Below are positions 1-11,017 of a DNA stretch of 64,000 bases, in pieces. Both the position numbers and the translations under genes were made by a program. The stretch's first letter is position 1, and each line of letters begins with the position of its first letter. Below the pieces are notes generated by a model that worked only from the letters and a program-made list of their open reading frames with translations, did no database searches and was not told the origin of the DNA. Source of the stretch: Trichosphaerium sp. ATCC 40318 (Eukaryota > Protista > Tubulinea); NCBI GenBank assembly GCA_038496445.1, contig JALMLS010000320.1:1-64000 (forward strand). Direction: 5' to 3'.

Positions 1-586
1 TTTGTTTCCTCTATACTTATGTTTATTAAGGTTTATTTTGCACTGCATGTGCTAAAAAGATAATTTATGCATCATGTACTTGTTTTTTCCACTTTTGAAT
101 GTGAACGTGTTTATATGCTTGAACGTTCATCAATGCTAGGTTGAGGTGTTAATAAACAGGGCATTTTCAGGTAATAACAAAATTTATATATAAAACAATA
201 GTAGGTGATGTGAAAAAAAAAGGTAAAAGTTGTTTGACTTTTACTTATCTTAAACACTTCCTTAATATGATCAGTCTTGGATATAGTTATAAGCAATGCC
301 TTAAAATATGGATTAAAATACAGACATATAATGTTTAAAAAAAAATAAAGCATAATAAAGGCATAAAAGTACTTGCAATCAGGGCATTACTTGATTTTTT
401 TGCAATGCAAAAAAATGCCCAAAAATGCTGGTTTTTTAATGCCTTTTAATGAGGCATTGCCTTTTGAAAAATTGCTTATTTTATTGGGCAATGCCAAATG
501 CAAATGCCTTGATTTTGCCATCTGATGCCAAATGTTAGGCATATGCATCATTTTTTAAGGCAATGCCTGGCTGAGTTTCAGCCCTG
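1..586. mobile_element. Probable end of a hAT-like/MITE DNA transposon with subterminal repeats
   Basis: More than 15 AATGCC/GGCATT-type motifs in both orientations (159-570) stop abruptly at TTTCAGCCCTG (576-586). Its reverse complement CAGGGCTG resembles hAT-type terminal inverted repeats. The other end is not in the window. Confidence 0.5.
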
Positions 587-834
587 TTTTTGTTTATGGA
601 TCAACTTCAAAGCATGTCAAACATGCAAAGCTTTAAAATGCCTTACATAGAATGTTTATTATATATACCAAAAGTGTTTAAATTAATAGTAGTTGTTTGT
701 AAAAATCAGAAAAATATTTCCACATGAAAAGTTTAGATATGATATCTGCAAAAAACTTACCAAAAAGATAAAAAATCACGTCTCGGTGTGGGCATGAAAA
801 TGAAAAAACGAAAAATGCAATGAAGATTTCTGAA

Positions 835-1240
835 TACAATTTAGTCGGGCCTCTGCCTCAGCAGGTCGTCGCACCCGAAGGCTTGAGCGACTCCCTAGCT
901 TACAACAGTAAATGCCCTAAGACCCTGTTCGAGTTCCCGTGGTTTACGGGGCCCCTGCGGGCGTTTGCTAAGACGTGCTACTTGTGCCATAGTGTAGAAC
1001 CTTTGCGGGCCGAAGCCTTTCGTTCGAGGAGGCGCAGCAACGACAATGTCGCCGCGCGGCTCTTGGCGGCTGGGTTTCCGACTTTAGAGGCCTTCAGCCG
1101 TACTCCCAATGGCGTGGCTTCGCGAACCGCCCTCTCGGACGTCCGCGGACACTAGAGGCCACCGATGCCCGTTCCTCTCGTACTGAGGCATCGCTACCGA
1201 CGACGCGCATGTTAATAAAATAGGCCCACCAGTAGGGTAA

Positions 1241-1284
<44 letters not shown>

Positions 1285-2001
1285 GTAAGTGGGTGAACAA
1301 TCCAACCCTTGGAGCATTCTGCTACACCTGGATAGGAAGAGCCGACATCGAAGAATCAAAAAGTCGCGTCGCTCTGAGCGCTTGGCGACCACAAGCCAGT
1401 TATCCCTATGGTAATTTTTCTGTCACCCCAGTGTCAGGTTACATGACTAGTCACGAGGGATCTCTAGGCCTCCCGTTAGGGTGCAAGAGCGATGGCTCCA
1501 CTCTTGCTCAAGGGGGCTTTTAGCCTTGGCCTCTACGTGGGGTTTCTGTCCCCACTGAGCTCCCCTTAGGTCATCCGTGTTACCCTATAGCGGATGTGCC
1601 GCCCCAGCCAAACTCCCGGCCACGCGCTGTCCGCCTTAATGCTTGTCAAAGTTCCGAAATTGGAAGGTAATCCGCACTTTCGATTGGGCCCGCCTCATCC
1701 TAAGAACCGACTTGTATGGTTCGAGCAGCGCCACGTCCTCCGAAGAGGCAGGCGCTTTCGCCCGTTTTGAATGCGTCTGGGGCCCGACCTCCGGAGTAGA
1801 AGTGTTACACCTTTCGTAAAAAACTACTTCCTACCCTATACCTCCAGTGCCAAGCCCCTAAGCGTGGTGAGAGTCAAACTCAACAGGGTCTTCTTTCCCC
1901 GCTGGTAGAAAAGTCGCCCGTTCGCGACTCTGTGGTTTCGCCACGGTCGGCGTAGGGACAGCGAGAACCTCATTCATCCATTCATGCGCGTCATTAGTTA
2001 C

Positions 2002-2051
<50 letters not shown>

Positions 2052-4663
2052 AACCCGTGCTTGGGTGAAATTAAGCACCGCAACTTTCAAAGCACTGGGC
2101 AGGAGTCACCCTTTGTCAGACCTCAGAGGAGGTATCAAAGGGCTAAGTTTTAAGTAAACAGTTGGGTTCTCTAAGCTTCTGAGAGTTCCGCCATGATCCG
2201 CTTGTGGACCTCTTTGCAGGGACTGTGCGCCATTCCCGAAGGGGCTACACTGAAGTAGCGCAGACGCACGTCGTCCCGGGTCCCGGTCAGCAGAGCCAGC
2301 CCTTTTCCCGAAGTTACGGGCCGCGTATGCCGACTTCCCTTACGCCGTTTACACCGTGCAGCGCCAGAGGTGACTAACCTAGGGGACCTGATGCGGTTTT
2401 CGGTACGGTATGAGCCTGGAGGACACTGAACACCCGAAAGTGTCGGCTTCGGAGAGGAGCAGCCTCGTGAGAACGAGCTCACCAACACCCCTAGAAAGCA
2501 AAAGTGCTTTCCCATTAGCTACCCTCGACTCTTTCCCTTCGCCGCTTTACGTGGCTCCGGGGAGTTTCCCTCGAATAGCTTAGGCGCGGGAGAAGGCCCC
2601 GCAGAAGTGTGGTTGCTCGCGTGCGCTCTCTCTCTCAGTGTTGCCACTTCTAAAGCAAATGCATCCTCCTTACCCATGCCCTGGATTACTCACCAGGTTG
2701 CCTTTCGCCGAGTTGAAAGCATCGCAGACTTCCACTATTTCAATACTTGTAAAAGTATATCTGACTAGTGTCGTCTGCCAGCATCAAACAGTATACTCTA
2801 TTAGGAGCTGGCTTAGGACCGGCTAACTCGCAGCTGAATGCCATCACCGCGAAACCCTTCCCCACTTGGGCGACCTGGCTGTGATAAACACTGTTTCACC
2901 AGGCTCCAATTGCTACTACCACCAAGATCATCACTGCTGGTGGCTCCGGGTGGACGCCACCGCCCCCCTTCTACGCCACCAGCACGCCGTCCTACCGCAC
3001 CCTGGGCCGAGCCGGGGCGATCGCGCAGCGGCGGCTAAGGCAGTTTAGCGCCATCCATTTTCGGCGCGTCCCAATTCGGCTGGTGAGAAGTTACTCACTC
3101 CTTAGAGGATGACGACTTCCATGTCCACCTTCCAGCTGTCTAAACTGGAACACCGCCTTCGTTGTCTTGGTTACTGCCTATTCGGGCGCCTTTGCTGCTG
3201 CTCGCGTTTAAAACCGTCTCGTCAGTCCTGCTTATCAAGACCGGCCCAATAGGGGTCCACCGTCTCGGTGATCACAGCCATTCGGCCTGTGATCGGTCGC
3301 CTCTTATGTGTTTGATAATAGGTCGATGGCAACTTTGGCCTCCGATACCTCTTTCCAGTGGCTCTACGAGACGAGACCGGCGTCACGGACCCCCTCTATC
3401 CTTAGGGATACTTCGAACGGTACCAGCTACGTTGGCAGCTCGTTTGGTCTCTCGCCCCTATACCCAATGTCCGGCGAGCGATTTGCACGTCAGCAACGCT
3501 ACGGGCGTCCAGCGGGATTTCTCCCGCCTTCCCCCTTTTCGGGTATAGATCGCTACCTTTCGGGTATCGCCCAACGTACTATCGCCTGCCAAGAGAACAA
3601 CGCCGGAGATGGCAAAGTGTATCTACTTTGGTATGACGTGCTTTTAATTACTTGCGTAACAAAAACATGATAATAGCATAGTCGGTTTTTTATGTCGATC
3701 TTTGCAAACTTATACATGTGACTGTAATACGTTTGTTTTTATATAAAGAACTTGACGGCCTAGGAGCTTATCCTTGGCTTCATTTCTGTGCGGGTTGGAG
3801 GTTTGATCTCTCACCCTCGCACGCTCGGCGAACTCCTTGATCCGTGTTTCAAGACGGGATACACGGAGGCCATGGCCCAATAAGGGCATAGAGCCTCATT
3901 GAGGTTGTGGACGATGAATGACGAACTTCGTTCCTTTCGGAAGAAGACGTACATTCGGAGGTTTCAGTAATTTCAGTGAACCAACGCCATTTAAAGGCTT
4001 AAAAGTGCTTTTTGATGTCCTTTCAACCAAACCCACGTTTTTATGCTTTTCAGCTTGTAGGATGGTGTGGACAGCACAATTAGCCAGTATGACTTTTTTG
4101 TGTTAGTCACTTCTATGTTACCTTCCCCTCGACGTTTTGTTTCATTATAATCTTCCAGGGCACAAGGCCCCGGTCGCTTTTCCCTCGCTACAAGAGCGTC
4201 TGCCATGTGCAGATTAGGTGCAGGGCACCTACGTACTCCGTGCCATTTGTACCCTTGCCGGCTTCGGGTCTTTTAACCCTCTATCGAGGAGTGCTGTTTC
4301 AGTCTTCCCTCACGGTACTGGTGCGCTATCGGCCACCTCCCGATACTTAGCCTTGCCGGGTAACCTCCCGGTAACTTCGTATGGCACGGCCAAACCATAC
4401 TACTCCTGGACGATGGGACTCTATTTCCTCGGTTGACAGCGTACGGGGCTCGCACCCTCTACGGCTACGACTCGTGCGTAATTCCCGTCAACGTCTGGAA
4501 GAGCCACCACGCCTTAGCCCACAACTCCGATGCTAGGCTCGGATTCAGGCTTGAGCTTGTCCCCTTTCGCTCGCCGCTACTCAGGGAGTCCCTTTTGGTT
4601 TCCTTTCCTCTGCCCCAATGATATGCTTAACTTAGGCAGGTCGCCAAGTGTAACTCAGGACGC
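835..4663 (-). rRNA. 28S (LSU) rRNA, eukaryotic, highly divergent
   Basis: Reverse complements of the sarcin-ricin loop CTCAGTACGAGAGGAAC (~1171-1187), GACGAGGCATTTGGCTACCTTAAGAGAGTCATAGTTACTCCCGCCGTT (~2004-2051), TCCGTGTTTCAAGACGG (3841) and an ITS4-like GATATGCTTAA (~4620). Confidence 0.97.
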
Positions 4664-4863
4664 AAGTTGTGTTTTTTATATGCTTTCAATGTATAGAACC
4701 AACCTTCCCTCTGAAGCTTCGCTTAAGTAAGCTAGGCATGAGTTCTGGAGGAACGTCACTTCCGGCAATTTATTTAATTAGTTGTGGCAACCACTTTCTT
4801 TTTTTAGAAGATTAAGTGTGTACACCATACGCAGCACCAAATAAATTTAGTGTTTGTTTTGCT
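4664..4863 (-). other. ITS2
   Basis: AT-rich spacer between the complementary 5.8S 3' end and 28S 5' end. Confidence 0.8.
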
Positions 4864-5028
4864 GGCGTCGCTGAGTCACGCTCCTTTGCCTGTGATTCGT
4901 GAGAATACAGAACGCGGCCTGAGGCATTCGGCAATGCCACCTTCAGATGAGAGCGATTCCGGTGGCTGGTTTCATAGTGATCCATGGCCTTCTTCGGGGG
5001 AGGTGCCTAACCGTTCACCGACAAGGTT
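4864..5028 (-). rRNA. 5.8S rRNA, highly divergent
   Basis: GC-rich ~165 nt block between 18S and 28S. Its 3' end GACTCAGCGACGC pairs with the 28S 5' end GCGTCCTGAGTT (ITS2 proximal stem). Its 5' part GGTGAACGGTTAGGC...GAAGAAGGCC aligns loosely with the 5.8S consensus. Confidence 0.8.
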
Positions 5029-5263
5029 TGGTTTCTTTCGAAAATCTTGACGTTCTTTATAGTCGTGCCACGACTGTGTTTTTGGTTTGCCAAAATGGCG
5101 GTTGTGGAGCTGGCAGATATACAAGATATCACCACAGTAGAGGAGACTATATCTTCACTTACCGAGGTAAGCTTGGACTTGCCAGACCAAAACTGATACT
5201 CCAATTTCTTTTAAACTTGGTTAAAAGTTGGTTTAATTGCTTCTAAGGGTTAAATACCAATAG
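5029..5263 (-). other. ITS1
   Basis: Spacer between the 18S 3' end and the 5.8S. Confidence 0.8.
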
Positions 5264-7911
5264 TATTGATCCTTCAGCAGGTTCACCTACTGAAACCTTG
5301 TTACGACTTCATCATCCTTTATGAGCGCAAGTTCGAGCAGGTTCGATAACCGGCAAGCCGGTCGTCCCCCCTGGTCTCACTCGCACCCACATCGGTCGAT
5401 GCGACGGGCGGTGTGTACAAGCAACAGGGACAGATTCCAGGTGCGTTGATGACACACCTGTACGAGGCATTCCGCGTTCGTGGCTACAGTTACAGCAACC
5501 AGTCCCTAAGCACGCATGTGTCTTTTCGAAGAAGCAGCATTGAGCACACTTACATCCAAATCGACCACACGGTGCGCTTTCATGTATTTTTTTATGAACA
5601 TTGCAGAAACTTACTTCATAATAAAGTTTGCCTTGGTAAAGATATAATCTTCCAAGTCAAAGCATTTAAGTGAAGAAGAAACCTTGTTTGTTAATTTGAA
5701 ACGATCCACAGCTCTTTCAATGTTTATACTAAGGAAACGAGTCCAAAGATATAAATTTCATCTAACAGCGCTTCTCGTCTTAACATTAAAGGAATTACTT
5801 CCTAAAAAGCCTCGACGAGGGGGTTAACTCTTTATATTAGGTTCAGGACAGACTTTGTTTGTGAAGGTGGTAGTTTCCGAAGGTGCGTTTAAGTGTAGTC
5901 GTATTTAGATAATAAAATCTGAGGTTTAACTCGCTGTCGTGAAGAAGTGTTCTGGCGGTTTCAGGGCTTGCCCGGATGCCTGTTCGGCCCAGGAACCCGT
6001 TGAACTAAGCAGTGTAGGCCGCGTGCGGCCCGGAATATCTGGGGGCATCCCGGATCTGTTATAGCCGCCGCTTCTTACGACTTTTCGCCGTCAGTCCTGC
6101 ACAGGGGTCCCGCACGAGGCGGGGGAATCAATGTGACAGTAGCGATCTCGCCCGTTATCGGAATAAACCTGACAGATAAGTCCACGAGCCTAAAACGACC
6201 ATGCACCACCGTTAGCTAACTCGGAAAAGACCCTTCAGTCTGTTCGTCCCCTTAGAGCGTCCGATCCCGGTAAGTTGTCGCGCGTTGAGTCAAATTGAGC
6301 CGCAGCCTCCAGAGCCTGGTGGTGTTGCTCCGTCAATGCCTTTAAGTTTCAGCCTTGCGACCATACTTCCCCCCTGGGCCCGATTACTTCGGTTTCCCGT
6401 GGGAACGGGCCCCGAGCCTTGGTTTGCCCGGCGCCCATTCAGTCGGCATCGTTTACTGTGGAGACTACACGGGTCTCTAATCCGCTTCGCTCCCTCCACC
6501 ATCGTTCTAGATCACCGGCCACGCCCTTGCAGAGCGCCTTCGCTTCGGGTAGTTTGGATCAGGTCAAAAGATTTCACTCCTCGCTGATACCACACTCTCT
6601 ACCCCGTACGCACCTAGTAATCGTGTGTTCTTTATTAGTGTGAAGACTAACTCAAGTTTTTCCTCAAAGTACTTTTTGTAATTCACAATGTTTTTATTCC
6701 CTTAATGAAGAACATGAGTTTTCACTCAGACTTGCATATCAGGATATTGTTCATACTTAGTTAAAATGAGACTTGAGCGTCGCACTTGGTAAAGTGTTGT
6801 TTTTGTTTTTTTAAAGCCCAATTCCAGGATGCTGGTGGGTGGCATAGCGGCCGAAGCCTAAACTGACCTTGCGTTTGAGCGAAGCCATTTATGCCTGGTC
6901 GGGCGATGAAAAAGAGTCGGGGGGTTTTGTCAAGGAGTAAACTCCTATCTAAACCTTGTCCCTCTCAGCTGTGTCGTTGTTTGGACTGCGAGCGCTTTAA
7001 CAGCAACAGCAAAAGTATAAGCTTTCGGAGTGGGTGTTACCGCGGGTGCTGGCACCCAACTTGTCCTCCAATAGTTTCTCAGGGCGACATTCAGTTGCCC
7101 CTCATTGCGACGACCGGTTTAAATGCCGGCCTCGTTACACTCAGTCGCTGGCTCGATTTGCAATCAATGGCCAAGTTACGCGCCTGCTGTTACCCGTAAG
7201 TACAGGGGCCGTATCTAATGCCCCTTCTCCGGGAACCGAACCCTAGTTCCCCGTTACCCGTCACTGCCGCGGTAGGCCGTTACCCTACCGCCTGGCTGAT
7301 AGGTCGGCCGCCCTTCCGACTCGTGGAGGGGGAGAACTCTCAACTTTATATCGATATGATCTTTATGAAAAAAGCACATTTCAGCGAAGGATCTAGATTT
7401 GAACAAATGTTCATTTTTCTTTCACCTAATTTTCACTTGTGTGTAGCTTTACATTATTTTGAAACATGTCTAGTTAGAGAGAACTCCTCATAACTCCATC
7501 GCATGCCCCAACGCCGCTCTTCCCGACGGAGTACGGACGCCGCTTCCTAAGGGGAGGCTGCTTCCCTTGGCGAACCAAGATGGGATCGGGTGATCGTCCG
7601 CTCCTGAGCGTTGGATGCGACCGATGGGTCCTTGCAGCAGAGGGGCCCATCGGCAGCGCTAGGCGCATTACGTATTAGCCGCAGGTTTCCTTTAATCCCG
7701 GTTATCCGCGGGGGAGGCCACGAGTTTTGGTTATAGTGCGTTTAGGAAAACAAGTTCCTGTGTGCAAAATGACGTGACCATTATTAGTCTTGTCGGGTGG
7801 GTTACGACCGTTTTAAGGAGCCGTTTGCGGCTCCGAGGATACCTCTTTGCTGAGCTTGCATGGCTTAATCCTTCGAGAAAGCTTATCACTCCTGGCAGGC
7901 TCAACCAGGTA
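5264..7911 (-). rRNA. 18S (SSU) rRNA, ~2.65 kb, eukaryotic, highly divergent
   Basis: 5' end TACCTGGTTGAGCCTGCCAG, 530 loop GTGCCAGCACCCGCGGTAA, GTACACACCGCCCGTC, and 3' end AAGTCGTAACAAGG...GTAGGTGAACCTGCTGAAGGATCA. Confidence 0.98.
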
Positions 7912-10800
7912 CCTTTTGCATCAGAGTTTTTAAAGCAGATAGCTGCATTTAAAATAATTTCTCATCAGACCAAAGGTGGTTGAGGTTTTTAGGTGGTTTT
8001 TTGAAGAATGAACTTCATAAGAAACCATTCAATCTACAATCCTATTCTCTTTCAAGGAGGATATATAAATGAAGGTCTTTTTGATGAACATCACAAATAC
8101 CTGGTGCCGGACAACATCAGCCTTTCTTGTTGGAGAAGAAGCTGATGTGTCTTGGTTATGGTTTTTATGGCAAGAGATGCTCATAGAGCACATTGCCACA
8201 ACAGCATAGGGTTGTGTCTTTTTAAAGGACTACTTTTCTTGATGAGTCATGCCTATTTTTACTGAGTAGCCCTTGAGGCATCGTCGGTAATAGCTTGCAA
8301 CTGCATCATTTTTCATACACTCTTTTTTTTTTTTTTTTGATTTTGTTTTGGCTCTTACTTACTCTTCTAGTACTCGGACTTGTTGCCTTTCCTTGATGAG
8401 CTTCAACCTTGTTCATGTACTTGGCTTGTGTGCCTTTCCATCAACTGGACTCACATCTATTTACCCAAGTACTTGATACTTGTCTTTCCATTGGGTATTT
8501 GGATATGTGGTTTTACAGTTTAATTGAACTAATTGGAATACATTAGATTCCTTTCGTCCAACCCTGAGCATATATGACTTTGCATACAACTTAGGACTGT
8601 ACTTTCTGTATAGTGAGACTCTTATACTCGATTAGCATTTCTACACCTCCTTTTTATGGAAGTGTTATAATGATAGAAGAGATATAATAAAGTTCATACA
8701 TGTGGTAGTTGTTGCCTACTGAGGGCTTCAACATATTATACCTTGAATATGCATGACACACAATCTTTGGTAGTATTGTCTTGGTACTCGATTAGCATTT
8801 CTACACCACCTTTTTTTTTGAGGTAGTGTTATAATGCTAGAAGAGCAGAAGAGTTCAATACTTTCTCGTTTTTGCCCACTAAGGGCATCAACTAGGTGTA
8901 CAACTGCTACTGTTGCTGTTCACTGTGGAACTTCAACTGAAGTGTGTTGATACTTTGATTACTCAAGCAACTTAGATATGGTTATGTTAACCCCACTTGG
9001 GATCGCATAAACACTCTAGTACCTAATGCCTCGATTAACATGACCACACTACATTGCTGTAATGCATTACTCATGAAAGAAGAGAATCAAGCTGTTGTGA
9101 CAACCAACCAATTACTCGATTAACATTTCTACACCTCATGGTGGGGTGTTATAATGATAGAAGAGGAACTAGTGTCATAAACATGTGCAGTTGTTGCCCA
9201 CTAAGGGCTTCAATTACTATTGTACTCAAATGATGTGACTTGCACATATTTGGGTATAATGTATGTATGTATTTGCATGACTTGTAATTCGATTAGCATT
9301 TCTACACCTCTAAAATAGTGTGTGTTATAATGCTAGAAGAAACACAATTCTTGACTTGCTACTCGATTAGCATTTCTACACTACAAATGAGGTGTTATAA
9401 TGCTAGAAGAGAAACAAAGTCTTGGTCATAGAACTCGATTAGCATTTCTACACCTCGATTTGGGTGTTATAATGCTAGAAGAGCGCAGATAAGAACATGA
9501 TTTGTAAAAAAACCAGCAAGTTGAGCTAGCTACACACACACATCACCAACGGGCATCGTCATCGATGGATATACTTGGGTGCGAGTCTATGCAAGCCCTG
9601 TTCTATCACATAAAAAAAAGCTAGAGTAGCCGTAATCGTGGGGTGTTGTGTGCGATACGTAGTAACGCGTACATGCTATTTATGCAATCCCATTCCAATG
9701 TAAATAATACAAAAGGATGGGTTTGTTTGTACAAAAAATCAAGAGGACTTACAGCCATTGTGCTCTAAAACGCGCTAAAACTATAAACACTTTTGTGAGT
9801 ATGGTTCTCGCCACGATAGAAGAATACAGGCTACCCTCTTGCTTTTTGTGTGTGGAAGGTTGGGGTCGTGTAGTTGTTCTGTAGTTACAGTGTACCACCT
9901 GTTCACAACGCTTCTGGCCAGAAATCGATTACCACTGCCTGTGCTAATGTTTTTTACACATGTTTTCATAGGGCGCTTAGGTGGTAGAAGACAACAGCTC
10001 ATTAGGTCCTCGCGCTTGCCGTCACACACACCCGATTGCACTCCTGTGTTAGTGTTTGGAAGTGTTGATCAAGGCGTGACGGCCAGTCACCGTAAATGTG
10101 CTGCACGATGGGCGGTCCCACATCACCGTGCACTCCCTGTGGGCTTGTTTCATCGGGTATAACAAAAAAAGGGGCTTTGCGGACGTCGCATTTGTTGCAC
10201 TTTCTTCAAATGCTGTTTTTGCGTTCGACCCGATTCTTTTTTTTGTTTTCTCGATTTGTGCCAAGGGAAAGAGAATACGATTTCTGCAGGCGCGTGCCGC
10301 TCAAAATTTTTCCCTGTCCTTCTGCGCAGGCAAATTGCCCTGGCGTTTTAGGGGAATTTGATTTCGGTTTGTGCCTCATAGTCTTTTCTCCATTTACGCC
10401 GCCATTAGGCTACACGGTTGTAAGACTAGCGCCCTTTCCCGAAAATATCGAGTTTTCGTAGCCCTCACATCACTTTCGTAACTCTTTTGTACGCGCTGTA
10501 TCCACTTTTATCCACAAAAAAAAAAATTAAAACCGCGAAAACTTTTCAGTTTTTTTTGTATTTGGGGCTGATGCGCTGGTACAAATCGCTTTATTCATTT
10601 TTTTTTGCGCTCTAGAGCTCCGTTTTTCGCTGGTTATTGCGCTCTAGGGTCCGTTCGTCGCGTACGCTCTTTCTTATCTTCACAACAAGAAAAAAAAAAA
10701 AAACCAAAAAAAAAATTTTCTTTTTTAATATCCACACTATTCCATTTTTCGCCTTCAACAACCACGTTTTTTCTGCAAACGAATCGCTAAATGCCCCTCT
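7912..10800 (-). other. 5' ETS / Pol I promoter-spacer region of the rDNA unit (transcription start not identifiable)
   Basis: Non-coding DNA immediately upstream of the 18S, rich in hairpins (e.g. ACATCAGC...GCTGATGT ~8114-8148) and repeats. Confidence 0.6.
8626..9483. repeat. Array of seven imperfect inverted-repeat (hairpin) units CTCGATTAGCATTTCTACAC-N(11-19)-GTGTTATAATGCTAGAAGAG
   Basis: Copies at ~8626-8681, 8786-8845, 9030-9084 (degenerate), 9114-9165, 9288-9340, 9361-9411 and 9433-9483. Confidence 0.95.
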
Positions 10801-11017
10801 CTGCCCTTTCCTCTGAACCGCGAATTCGCTGGACTTTAATACAACGGCAATATCGCACCGTCTTTGCGCGATAATAGCTTTTTCGTGGTTATAATCGATT
10901 TAATGAGTGTTGTTGTTCCAGTTTGTTTTTGCGGGTTTTTTTTCAGTGACCTTTTTTTTTTCACGAAAAGTTGTGAACAACTCGGCTGTGGCGGGATAAG
11001 CGTTACTGCGTTGTATA

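Noticed and set aside
5516-5954. Group I or spliceosomal intron in the 18S
   Set aside because: I could not see P7/catalytic core motifs, a U at the 5' exon end, or GT-AG boundaries. A covariance search is still needed.
835-7911. Archaeal or organellar origin of the rRNA operon
   Set aside because: A separate 5.8S with ITS2, eukaryote-specific LSU/SSU signatures and expansion segments, and no anti-Shine-Dalgarno.
820-7983. Numerous ORFs in the six-frame track over the rDNA
   Set aside because: They are chance frames in GC-rich rRNA sequence.
8626-9483. CRISPR or TIGR-like array interpretation of the hairpin repeats
   Set aside because: Spacing is irregular, the loops are short and self-complementary, the context is eukaryotic rDNA, and no cas/tas-like gene is nearby.
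10040-10160. 5S rRNA
   Set aside because: Only a short GGGACCGCC resemblance inside a local hairpin. No box A/C or terminal 5S stem.
10495-10745. DnaA-box-like TTATCCACA/TATCCAC motifs
   Set aside because: One perfect and two partial matches in eukaryotic DNA. Chance or a local promoter repeat is more likely.
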